From a virus (lineage: Duplodnaviria; Caudoviricetes): DNA of 64,000 nucleotides. The DNA is taken from IMG/VR virus record IMGVR_UViG_3300008262_000013; one strand, written 5' to 3'. Numbering within the stretch: the stretch's first letter is position 1; each line of letters opens with the position of its first letter. The notes under the pieces are model-generated. The model saw only the letters and a list, made by a program, of their open reading frames with translations, had not been told where the DNA came from and searched no databases. The translations under genes and the position numbers were made by a program. Positions 1 to 8,019 of the stretch are shown here, piece by piece.

Positions 1-2
1 AT

Positions 3-557
3 ACTGAAAGTGGTATTGTACAAGAAGAAAAGATTGAACCTTTAACTGTATTTGATGATAGACATCCTTTTCTGAATACAGAATTGCCCGAATATACAGA
101 ACAACTACCGAATAAACGTATGACTACTTTAATTAAAAGATTGAAGATGACTATGAAACTTTATGGTGGTATAGGTCTTTCGGCTAATCAGTGTGGTTTA
201 AAAGATCGTGTATTTGTTATGGGTACAGATCAGTTTCAGATTGCATGTATCAACCCTAAAGTTTTGGAAGTGTCTGAAGAAATTATTAAAGATGTGGAAG
301 GTTGTCTTTCTTTTCCAGCAATGTTTATGAAAATTGAAAGACCTAAATCCGTATTTGCTGAATTTACGGATGAAAACGGACAAGTTCATCAAGAATGGTT
401 TGATGGTTTAACTGCAAGATGTTTCTTACATGAAACTGATCATATGAATGGTATCAAGTATACAAAGTATGTTGGTCCAGTGGCTTTAAAAATGGCCAAA
501 CAAAAACAATTGAAAAAAATTAAAACTGTGAAAAGAAAATTGAAAAATGTCGTATAG
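3..557 (+). CDS. def: Peptide deformylase (5' end runs off the window; frame is open from nt 3)
   Basis: Motifs GIGLSANQCG, EGCLS and HETDHMNG; no stop codon upstream of the called TTG at 84. Confidence 0.93.
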   Translation, partial: TESGIVQEEKIEPLTVFDDRHPFLNTELPEYTEQLPNKRMTTLIKRLKMTMKLYGGIGLSANQCGLKDRVFVMGTDQFQIACINPKVLEVSEEIIKDVEGCLSFPAMFMKIERPKSVFAEFTDENGQVHQEWFDGLTARCFLHETDHMNGIKYTKYVGPVALKMAKQKQLKKIKTVKRKLKNVV

Positions 558-1830
558 TTTTGATCCTAAAGATGATGTAGAAACTCAGTGGAAAAAATGG
601 CAAGAACATAATCCACCAGAATCTTTTACGCATGTAGACGAAAAAGAATTGTGTGAGAAAACGATTGAAGAACTCACATATGTTTCGGCTATGGATGTAA
701 AAGAATATACTTTATTTCAAAAGTGGTGTGAAGTGCAAGATAAATTTCCTACAGAAATCGTAAATGATTTGTGGGAAGGTGAAAAGAAAGTACTTAAAGA
801 TGAAAAACAAAGGCGTGCAATTGAAGAAATAAAATCCAATATTTGGATGCCTAATAGTCCTGAAGATTATTTGACACTTGAACCTGAATTACTTTACACA
901 AGTAAACAAGATGATCTGCCAGAATTGTGGAATACCATAAGAACATTTTCTTCTACGATGAAGAATAATAGTAATATTGGACGCAATTTGAATTTTGTTG
1001 TAAGAGATAAAGTAACAAAAAAATACCTAGGTGTTATCTGTATTAGTTCAGACTTTCTTGATTTGACACCAAGAGATAATTTCATTGGGTGGTCGAGAGA
1101 ATTAAAAACACAAGGTGGTATGATTAACCACACAGCCATCGGATCAACGATTGTACCTTTACAACCATTGGGATATAATTATGTTGGTGGCAAATTGCTT
1201 GCTCTGTTGTGCTTATCCGATCCTGTACAAGAGTTGTGGGAAAAACTTTACGGTGATAAGTTAGTTTCCGTAACAACTACTTCACTTTATGGAAAAACAA
1301 AAGCAGGAGGATTATCACAATATGATAATCTAGATTATTGGCAATCGATGGGATTTACATCAGGTTCAGTTTCTTTTGAACCGCTTGCTGATACACGTTA
1401 TATGATTCGTGATTGGTTAAAAGAAAATCATACACGTAAATACTTTGAATGGTACATAGCAAAGAAACCTTCTGGTCAGCCACATAAACGGGATCATAAG
1501 AATCGTTCATTGAATTTTACATATTCTCAATTGAACATACCAAAAGAGTTAATTCGTTCTGAACATGCAAGAGGAATTTATTTCTCACCACTATATGATA
1601 ATTCATGTGAGTTTCTCCGCGGCGAACATGACGGCAAAGATATGAAAAAACTCTTTGATACAAGTGTAGAGAGCCTAAGTAGTATATGGAAAACAAAACA
1701 TGCTAAGCCAAGAATTAAACAATTGGTAAAGAAAGATAAAGTTTCCTACGATACCCTGTTTTATGACGATCTTATCTATTTGACATGGCAAGAAACAAAA
1801 GATAAATATTTGCCGCAAGTGGGTCGATAA
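547..1830 (+). CDS. DUF4338 / DruA-like protein with predicted GNAT (Mom-like) topology
   Basis: FVVRD..YLGVICISS..RDNFIGW..STIVPLQPLGYNYVGGKLLALLC..VTTTSLYG..SQYD pattern; paralogous to 21609..22724. Confidence 0.65.
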   Translation: MSYSFDPKDDVETQWKKWQEHNPPESFTHVDEKELCEKTIEELTYVSAMDVKEYTLFQKWCEVQDKFPTEIVNDLWEGEKKVLKDEKQRRAIEEIKSNIWMPNSPEDYLTLEPELLYTSKQDDLPELWNTIRTFSSTMKNNSNIGRNLNFVVRDKVTKKYLGVICISSDFLDLTPRDNFIGWSRELKTQGGMINHTAIGSTIVPLQPLGYNYVGGKLLALLCLSDPVQELWEKLYGDKLVSVTTTSLYGKTKAGGLSQYDNLDYWQSMGFTSGSVSFEPLADTRYMIRDWLKENHTRKYFEWYIAKKPSGQPHKRDHKNRSLNFTYSQLNIPKELIRSEHARGIYFSPLYDNSCEFLRGEHDGKDMKKLFDTSVESLSSIWKTKHAKPRIKQLVKKDKVSYDTLFYDDLIYLTWQETKDKYLPQVGR

Positions 1831-1832
1831 TC

Positions 1833-1841
1833 TGTTATAAT
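1833..1841 (+). promoter_or_regulatory. Extended -10 sigma70-type promoter upstream of the tRNA-like RNA
   Basis: TGtTATAAT at 1833-1841, 9 nt before the cloverleaf; no canonical -35 at 17 bp. Confidence 0.55.
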
Positions 1842-1850
1842 GTCCTTAAT

Positions 1851-1913
1851 GCGGTGAGTCCGAGACAACCTTCCCCCGAAGGCAGATAGGTTTAACTCCT
1901 ATGAACCGCTCCA
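1851..1913 (+). ncRNA. 63-nt tRNA-Gly-like mini-cloverleaf RNA with encoded CCA (non-canonical)
   Basis: GCGGT/ACCGC acceptor stem plus tandem G.A pairs; discriminator T1910 then CCA; T-arm ATAGG-TTTAACT-CCTAT; CCTTC-CCCC-GAAGG hairpin; 3-bp GTC/GAC D-like arm. Confidence 0.7.
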
Positions 1914-1951
1914 GTTACTAAGTTGACAACAGTTGTTATAATGACAACTGG

Positions 1952-1980
1952 TTGCCATTTCCTTAAATCTGTGTTACAAT
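1952..1980 (+). promoter_or_regulatory. sigma70-type early promoter
   Basis: TTGCCA-17 bp-TACAAT with TG extension, upstream of 2009 ATG. Confidence 0.75.
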
Positions 1981-2008
1981 ATACATATACTGATAACAGG
2001 ATGTCTAA

Positions 2009-4279
2009 ATGACAACATTTACTACCGAATCTAAATCTCAGCTGGCGAAACTCCTTGCTACCGAGAATTTACGTATTGAACACCAAAAAATTAGAACAGC
2101 TCGATTCGATCCAAAGAATCGGGTTTTGTATTGCCCTATTTGGAAAAATATGAGCGGTGTACTTTACGACCTTTTGATGGGTCATGAAGTCGGTCACGCT
2201 CTTTACACTCCCGCTCAAGGTTGGCATGATGCCGTTTGTGATAAAGGCCGAAACTATAAAGGCTTTTTGAATGTGGTCGAAGATGCCCGTATTGAGAAAA
2301 AAATCAAACGTAAGTATCCTGGTATTCGTAAATCTTTTATTGAAGCTTATCAAGATTTGATGAGTCGAGATTTTTTCGAATTGAAAGACCGTGACATTAA
2401 TGAAATGTCCTTTATCAATCGATTGAATCTTTTTACAAAATCAAGTGGTACGATGGATATTCAATTCACCGCTTTTGAAGAAAAGTTGGTTGAAGAAGTG
2501 TTGCGCTGTGAAACTTGGGAAGATGTTTTACGTGTTACCGGTCTTGTTTGGGATTATTCCAAAGAAGAACAATTTGAAATGGCTGAAGAAGAATTTACTT
2601 TCGAATTACATTCTTTTAGTGAAGATGGTGAGTCTGACGATTCGGATGATTCTGATTTCGAATATGATTTTAGTGATGAATCGACAGAACAGAATGACAA
2701 TGAATCCGAAGGATCGGACGAATCTAAACAGATGCATGGCACTGCCAATAACGAAGATGAAACGGATGATGGTGAAGAAAACTTTACGCAGATAAATCGT
2801 TTTAAACAATCGGCTTTATCTAAAGAAGATCAACTTGTTACTTTTGAACCTACTTGTGAAACGGATGATGCGTTTCGTAGAAAAGAAAATGAACTTCTTG
2901 ATGAAAAATGCAAAGACTATCTTTATGTAACAACACCTGAGCCTAATCTTAAAAATATTGTTACTCCAGCAAAGCGAGTAAACGAATTGTTGGCAGCACA
3001 TTATACTGATGAATCTAAAAAGAATGAGCAATACAATAGTTTCAAAAGTCGTAATGATCGATACATTTCTTTACTTGCAAAAGAATTTGAAATGAAGAAA
3101 GCCGCATCGTGTTATGCTAAGGCTAAAACTTCAAACACTGGTGATATTGATGTATCCAAATTGTACAAGTATCAAATTGACGATACTATCTTTAAGAAAA
3201 CTATGAGAATACCGAAAGGTAAATCACACGGACTTATTTTGCTTCTGGATAAATCTGGATCAATGTCAAATAATTTGAGAGGTTCGATTGAACAGATTTT
3301 GATACTGACCTCATTTTGCCGCAAAGTGAATATTCCTTTTATAGTTTATGGTTTTGGTAATAACACTACGGCTTTCTTTGAAGATCAAGGTGGATATAAT
3401 GAATCACTAAATCATAAAATTCGTGATTCGTTTTCTAAAGGAGAAGGTGAACTCTGTTTAGATGGTGTATTTTTGCGTGAGTATCTAAATTCAAAAATGT
3501 CAAACTCTGAATTTACCAAATCAACCAAAAATCTGGTTTCTTTGATGAATGGATTCGGTGGTCCAAATAGATATTCTAGAAATTATCCTATTTCAGAAGG
3601 ACTCTCAAATACACCCATGGTCGAAGCGATTGTTGCAGTTGAAAAGATTACACAAGATTTCAGAAAAGTGAATAATCTGGATATTGTGAATTTGGTTATC
3701 GTTCACGATGGTGATGCTGATACAATCAACACGGTTCATACCTATAATGATGCAAATCCAAAAAACTATAGACACCTAAGTCCATCTTATAATAACATTT
3801 ATTTGCGTGACAAAAAAACTAAATTTGAAACGAAAGTTGAAAATAATGATGTACTAAGTCAAAATATTTTGAAGTGGTATTCTTATCGGACTGGAGCTAA
3901 AGTATTTGGTTTCTTCCTCACTGATGGAAGTAATAGTTCTGCTGAGAGTGCTGCTATGATGCATCACTACGAAAAGACTGATTCTAAAAATATATATGAT
4001 GATCCAAGTATTCAGTGGAACGAAAAACGATACAAAGCAAAAGAGTTGGCAAAAAAATTAAAGACTCAAAAACTTTTGGTTTCTAAAAAACCAGGATATG
4101 AAAGTTTCTTCATCATACCTGGTGGCAACAACTTGCAAGTAGATGATGGTGAACTAGAAATTGATACTTCCAAAAAAGTTACCGCAAGTAAACTTACCAA
4201 TGCGTTTATTAAGTTTAACAAAAAACGCCAAGTGAATCGGGTACTTGTTTCTAAATTTATTGATGGTATTGCAGTTTGA
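2009..4279 (+). CDS. vWA-domain protein (CobT-like) with N-terminal HExxH and acidic linker; partner of adjacent AAA+
   Basis: HEVGH, NVVEDARIE, MIDAS-like LLLDKSGSM...HDGD, D/E-rich spacer. Confidence 0.8.
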   Translation: MTTFTTESKSQLAKLLATENLRIEHQKIRTARFDPKNRVLYCPIWKNMSGVLYDLLMGHEVGHALYTPAQGWHDAVCDKGRNYKGFLNVVEDARIEKKIKRKYPGIRKSFIEAYQDLMSRDFFELKDRDINEMSFINRLNLFTKSSGTMDIQFTAFEEKLVEEVLRCETWEDVLRVTGLVWDYSKEEQFEMAEEEFTFELHSFSEDGESDDSDDSDFEYDFSDESTEQNDNESEGSDESKQMHGTANNEDETDDGEENFTQINRFKQSALSKEDQLVTFEPTCETDDAFRRKENELLDEKCKDYLYVTTPEPNLKNIVTPAKRVNELLAAHYTDESKKNEQYNSFKSRNDRYISLLAKEFEMKKAASCYAKAKTSNTGDIDVSKLYKYQIDDTIFKKTMRIPKGKSHGLILLLDKSGSMSNNLRGSIEQILILTSFCRKVNIPFIVYGFGNNTTAFFEDQGGYNESLNHKIRDSFSKGEGELCLDGVFLREYLNSKMSNSEFTKSTKNLVSLMNGFGGPNRYSRNYPISEGLSNTPMVEAIVAVEKITQDFRKVNNLDIVNLVIVHDGDADTINTVHTYNDANPKNYRHLSPSYNNIYLRDKKTKFETKVENNDVLSQNILKWYSYRTGAKVFGFFLTDGSNSSAESAAMMHHYEKTDSKNIYDDPSIQWNEKRYKAKELAKKLKTQKLLVSKKPGYESFFIIPGGNNLQVDDGELEIDTSKKVTASKLTNAFIKFNKKRQVNRVLVSKFIDGIAV

Positions 4280-4305
4280 TATGTTGTTTTTACGCAACAG
4301 ACCTA

Positions 4306-4334
4306 TTGCCAAGGCATTAGTACTCTGTTATAAT
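4306..4334 (+). promoter_or_regulatory. sigma70-type early promoter
   Basis: TTGCCA-17 bp-TATAAT with TG extension. Confidence 0.78.
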
Positions 4335-4371
4335 GGTCGTATAGTGAATAATCCTTCTTGGAGAATATATA

Positions 4372-5559
4372 ATGGCAAGTCGTAATGAAAAGCGTCAAAA
4401 GTTTCTGAATGCTCTTATCGCTACCGGTAAAAGTACTGTGACACTTGATGAAATTAAAGCTATTGCAGAAAAACTCAATATTGGTCAACCATACTGGTTT
4501 ACAAATGATGATGATAATCGTATAAAACGTGGTACATATAAAGTGCCAGGTGTTACACAAAAACAAAATGTTCAAACTGTTGATATGCAGGCGCAAGTAA
4601 TTCCTATGCAAAAAGTTGAAAACAAATCGAGCAATAGAATTTCTTCAATCGTTACTGATCTGGAAATTGAGAATTTGGTACCAACCAAATACAAAAATTA
4701 TGTTCCGTTTGGAAACTTTGAAGATATCGTTTCTATCATCGAATCAAGAACTTTCTTTCCTATTTTCATCACTGGTCAATCAGGTAATGGTAAAACCATG
4801 TCCGTTGAACAGGCTTGTGCTAAACTAAATCGTAAGTTTGTTTGCGTTTCAATGACACCTGAAACCGATGAAAGTGATTTGTTTGGTAATTTTATTCTGA
4901 TTAATGGTCAGATGGAATGGCGTGATGGTCCTGTAACCGTTGCGGCTCGTCAAGGTGCCGTACTCTGTATCGATGAAGTCGATTACGGTGCTCAGAATCT
5001 TTCCTCACTTCAGCGTGTGCTTGAAGGTAAACCGTTTCTTCTGAAAAAGAAAAATGAATTGATTGTACCTGCTGAAGGATTTACCGTTATTGCTACTGCA
5101 AATACAAAAGGTAAAGGTTCTGAAGATGGTCGTTATATGTTTACGAATGTATTGAATGAAGCGTTTCTTGAGCGTTTCCCTAATACAATGGAACAAGATT
5201 GGCCTCCTGTTAAAGTTGAGCGTAAGATTGTTGAGAAAGAACTTGCTTCTGCTGGTCGTTCTGATAATGAATTCGCTGAAAAACTTGTTACATGGGCTGA
5301 TGTTATTCGTAAAACCTTTGATGAAGGCGGATGTGATGAAGTGATTTCTACTCGCCGCTTGGTACACATTGCACGTACTTACGGTGTGTTTGGTGATAAG
5401 ATGAAATCAATCGGTCTTTGCTTGAATCGTTTTGATGAAGATACCAAAATTTCTTTTACTGATTTGTATACCAAAGTGGATGCTGGTGCTAATACCGAAA
5501 CCATTATGGCAAAAACAGTAGAAGAAACAATCATGGTAAATGAAGAAGTTCCTTTCTAA
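4372..5559 (+). CDS. cobS: CobS/MoxR-type AAA+ ATPase
   Basis: Walker A GQSGNGKT, Walker B LCIDEVD, ATANTKGKG, LNEAFLERF, ISTRRLV. Confidence 0.88.
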   Translation: MASRNEKRQKFLNALIATGKSTVTLDEIKAIAEKLNIGQPYWFTNDDDNRIKRGTYKVPGVTQKQNVQTVDMQAQVIPMQKVENKSSNRISSIVTDLEIENLVPTKYKNYVPFGNFEDIVSIIESRTFFPIFITGQSGNGKTMSVEQACAKLNRKFVCVSMTPETDESDLFGNFILINGQMEWRDGPVTVAARQGAVLCIDEVDYGAQNLSSLQRVLEGKPFLLKKKNELIVPAEGFTVIATANTKGKGSEDGRYMFTNVLNEAFLERFPNTMEQDWPPVKVERKIVEKELASAGRSDNEFAEKLVTWADVIRKTFDEGGCDEVISTRRLVHIARTYGVFGDKMKSIGLCLNRFDEDTKISFTDLYTKVDAGANTETIMAKTVEETIMVNEEVPF

Positions 5560-5575
5560 TTTACCTGAAAAACGC

Positions 5576-5604
5576 TTGACAACCTGTCAATAACCTAGTA
5601 TAAT
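5576..5604 (+). promoter_or_regulatory. Consensus sigma70 promoter
   Basis: TTGACA-17 bp-TATAAT. Confidence 0.85.
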
Positions 5605-5616
5605 ATACACATAATT

Positions 5617-5658
5617 TGAGAGAACGGTTGCCTCTCAGATGATTTAAATTCAGCAACC
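5617..5658 (+). promoter_or_regulatory. H-type pseudoknot in 5' leader of the 90-aa gene
   Basis: S1 TGAGAG(5617-22)/CTCTCA(5632-37); S2 GGTTGC(5626-31)/GCAACC(5653-58); both perfect 6 bp. Confidence 0.65.
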
Positions 5659-5679
5659 TTTTTTACGGAGTATTTTGTT

Positions 5680-5952
5680 ATGTCAGTTAAATCTAAAGTC
5701 CTTGCTTACCTTTCTAAAGAAGATGGTTACAACACACTCACACCTGCTAAAATGCAGAGCATGTTTGGTGTTTCAAATCCTTCCGCAACAATCAACGATC
5801 TTCGCAATGAAGGTCACGCTATTTACTTGAATAGCCGTTACAACAACAACGGTGAGAAGGTTTTCTTCTACCGTCTCGGCACTCCAACTAAGCGTATGGT
5901 TGCTGAAGGTATTGCAGCTATTCGTGCTCAAGGAGAGCGCGCTTTTGCTTAA
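5680..5952 (+). CDS. Small winged-helix DNA/RNA-binding protein (putative)
   Basis: Helix-turn-helix-like LTPAKMQSMFGVSNPSATINDLRNEG followed by beta-wing ending YRLG; GGAG RBS. Confidence 0.6.
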   Translation: MSVKSKVLAYLSKEDGYNTLTPAKMQSMFGVSNPSATINDLRNEGHAIYLNSRYNNNGEKVFFYRLGTPTKRMVAEGIAAIRAQGERAFA

Positions 5953-5981
5953 GATTACCTCTTAAGTTTTAAAAACGCTGC

Positions 5982-6016
5982 AAAGAGAGGATATATATTC
6001 ATATCCTCTCTTTTTT
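5982..6016 (+). terminator. Intrinsic terminator
   Basis: AAGAGAGGATAT-ATATTC-ATATCCTCTCTT followed by T-run. Confidence 0.8.
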
Positions 6017-6035
6017 ATTATACAATGGACAAACT

Positions 6036-6851
6036 ATGGAAATACAAATCAAACTTGATGAATTGAAAAAGAATAAACTTTTCGTAGCTACACCAATGTA
6101 TGGTGGCATGAATCATGGCCTCTATGCAAAATCTTGTCTCGACCTTCAAACTTTGATGATTAGATATGGTGTTGATGTTAAGTTTTCTTTTCTTTTCAAC
6201 GAATCACTCATTACAAGAGCAAGAAACTATTTGACGGATGAATTTCTCCGTTCAGATTGTACGCACATGTTGTTTATCGACTCAGATATTCACTTCAATC
6301 CACAAGATGTTTTAGCATTAATGGCTCTCGACAAAGATGTTATTGGTGGTCCTTATCCTAAAAAATCTGTCAATTGGGGTAATATTGCTCACGCAGCTCG
6401 TAAACATACAGAAATGGAACCTAGAGAACTGGAACAATTAGTTGGTGAGTATGTTTTCAATGTTGTAAAAGGCACACAACAATTTTCTGTAACTGAACCA
6501 CTTCAAGTTTTGGAAATTGGAACAGGTTTCATGATGATTAAACGTGATGTTTTTGGAAAACTTGAAAAAGCTTATCCTCAATTGCGTTATAAACCAGATC
6601 ATATTGGACAAGCACACTTTGATGGTTCACGTTACATTCATGCCTATTTTGATACTATCATTGATACTATTGATTCTGCAACAGGCGGTGGATCAGATCG
6701 TTATCTAAGTGAAGATTATATGTTCTGCCAACTGTGGCGTAAGATTGGTGGAGAAATTTATCTCTGTCCTTGGATGAAAACTCAGCATATCGGCACATAT
6801 GCATTTACCGGCAACATGCCAAAGGTTGCTGAACTTACTGGTAGATTGTAA
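6036..6851 (+). CDS. GT-A fold glycosyltransferase-like protein
   Basis: LFVATPMYGG, ESLITRARN, HMLFIDSD (DxD), GTGFMMIKR, YLSEDYMFC. Confidence 0.7.
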   Translation: MEIQIKLDELKKNKLFVATPMYGGMNHGLYAKSCLDLQTLMIRYGVDVKFSFLFNESLITRARNYLTDEFLRSDCTHMLFIDSDIHFNPQDVLALMALDKDVIGGPYPKKSVNWGNIAHAARKHTEMEPRELEQLVGEYVFNVVKGTQQFSVTEPLQVLEIGTGFMMIKRDVFGKLEKAYPQLRYKPDHIGQAHFDGSRYIHAYFDTIIDTIDSATGGGSDRYLSEDYMFCQLWRKIGGEIYLCPWMKTQHIGTYAFTGNMPKVAELTGRL

Positions 6852-6852
6852 G

Positions 6853-7239
6853 ATGGGTTACGATAAAATGTACATAAGCAACGATGAATTTATCGTTGAC
6901 GCTGAAAATGTTGGAGATATATCGATTGGTCGTAAGTATGATGGTAACAAACTAGAATATGGTTTGTTACCTCCTCTTGCTCTTGAAGCTACTGTTGATG
7001 TACTTACATTTGGTGCTCAAAAGTATGAAAGAGACAATTGGAAAAAAGTGCCTGATTCCAAGCGCAGATATTTTGATGCATTAGAACGCCATGTTTGGGC
7101 TTGGAAAAAAGGTGAGAAATTAGATCCTGAATCTGGTAAACATCACTTAGCTCATGCTCTTTGTTGCCTCATGTTTCTATATGAACATGATATACTGTAT
7201 TCTGTTGATGAACAAATTAATTATGGAGTAGAAAAATGA
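6853..7239 (+). CDS. dATP/dGTP diphosphohydrolase-like protein (DUF5664 family)
   Basis: GRKYDGNKLEYGLLP..VLTFGAQKYERDNW..DPESGKHHLAHALCCLMFL; ATG at 6853 preferred over 6799. Confidence 0.8.
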   Translation: MGYDKMYISNDEFIVDAENVGDISIGRKYDGNKLEYGLLPPLALEATVDVLTFGAQKYERDNWKKVPDSKRRYFDALERHVWAWKKGEKLDPESGKHHLAHALCCLMFLYEHDILYSVDEQINYGVEK

Positions 7240-7919
7240 AACTATCTTCCGACACAATAAATCTTTTGAAGAACTTTGCTTCAATCAATCAGGGGATTTA
7301 TTTCAAACAAGGCAAGACAATTAAAACTGTTTCGCCACAAAAAAATATTATGGCAGAAGTGACTGTTGACGAAAGTTTTCCAGTTGACTTTGGTGTTTAT
7401 GACTTGAATAACTTCCTTTCAGTTATCTCTTTACATAAAGATGATCCAACTCTAAACTTTGAAGATAAGAATATTCTTATTTCTGGTTTGAAAGGCCGTA
7501 GTAAAATCAAATATCGATTTTGTGAACCCACTATGATTGTGGTTCCACCAGAAAAGAATATTGTAATGCCTGACCCAGAGATTAGATTCACTCTTAATGC
7601 TGAAGATTTTGATTGGGTACTTCGTGCAGCAGCAGTTCTTTCTTCACCACATATTGCGATTGAATCTGATGGTGAAAAAGTATTCGTCAGCACGATTGAT
7701 TTGCAAAATGATTCTGCACATACAGACTCAATTGAAATTGCAGATGGTAATGGTGATAAGTATCGAATGATCTTTAAGACAGAGAATCTTAAAATGATTT
7801 CTGGTACATATGAAGTGTCTCTATCTTCTAAGGGCATTTCGCACTTCAAAAACAAGAACAAGAATCTTCAGTATTGGATTACTACTGAAGCCGGTTCTAA
7901 ATTTGAAAAGACTAAATAA
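7236..7919 (+). CDS. gp45: Sliding clamp gp45
   Basis: MKLSSDTINLLKNFASINQ..FGVYDLNNFLSVISL..YWITTE; position in clamp operon. Confidence 0.93.
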   Translation: MKLSSDTINLLKNFASINQGIYFKQGKTIKTVSPQKNIMAEVTVDESFPVDFGVYDLNNFLSVISLHKDDPTLNFEDKNILISGLKGRSKIKYRFCEPTMIVVPPEKNIVMPDPEIRFTLNAEDFDWVLRAAAVLSSPHIAIESDGEKVFVSTIDLQNDSAHTDSIEIADGNGDKYRMIFKTENLKMISGTYEVSLSSKGISHFKNKNKNLQYWITTEAGSKFEKTK

Positions 7920-7932
7920 TTTTTGTAGTACA

Positions 7933-7954
7933 ATCTCCCACATGTGTGGGAGAT
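7933..7954. repeat. Inverted repeat / hairpin between gp45 and the ParB-like gene
   Basis: ATCTCCCAC-ATGT-GTGGGAGAT. Confidence 0.75.
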
Positions 7955-8019
7955 ATTAAACCCACTCATACTTAACGGTTGACGTTTGGTCTCCAAGTAT
8001 GAATTTTTAGGAGAAGTTT

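Noticed and set aside
1851-1913. Canonical translational tRNA-Gly(CCC)
   Set aside because: No 7-nt anticodon loop on a paired stem, rudimentary D arm and non-canonical T loop; reported as tRNA-like ncRNA instead.
1923-1942. TTGACA..TATAAT promoter
   Set aside because: Spacer only 8 bp; the properly spaced promoter is 1952-1980.
5617-5660. SAM-II/SAM-V or preQ1 riboswitch
   Set aside because: TGATTTAA resemblance lies in L3 rather than the expected loop, the other conserved nucleotides are absent, and the downstream gene is unrelated.
6853-7239. 2-aminoadenine (Z) or 7-deazaguanine genome
   Set aside because: No purZ, datZ, que/folE or dpdA genes in this window; the diphosphohydrolase alone is insufficient.
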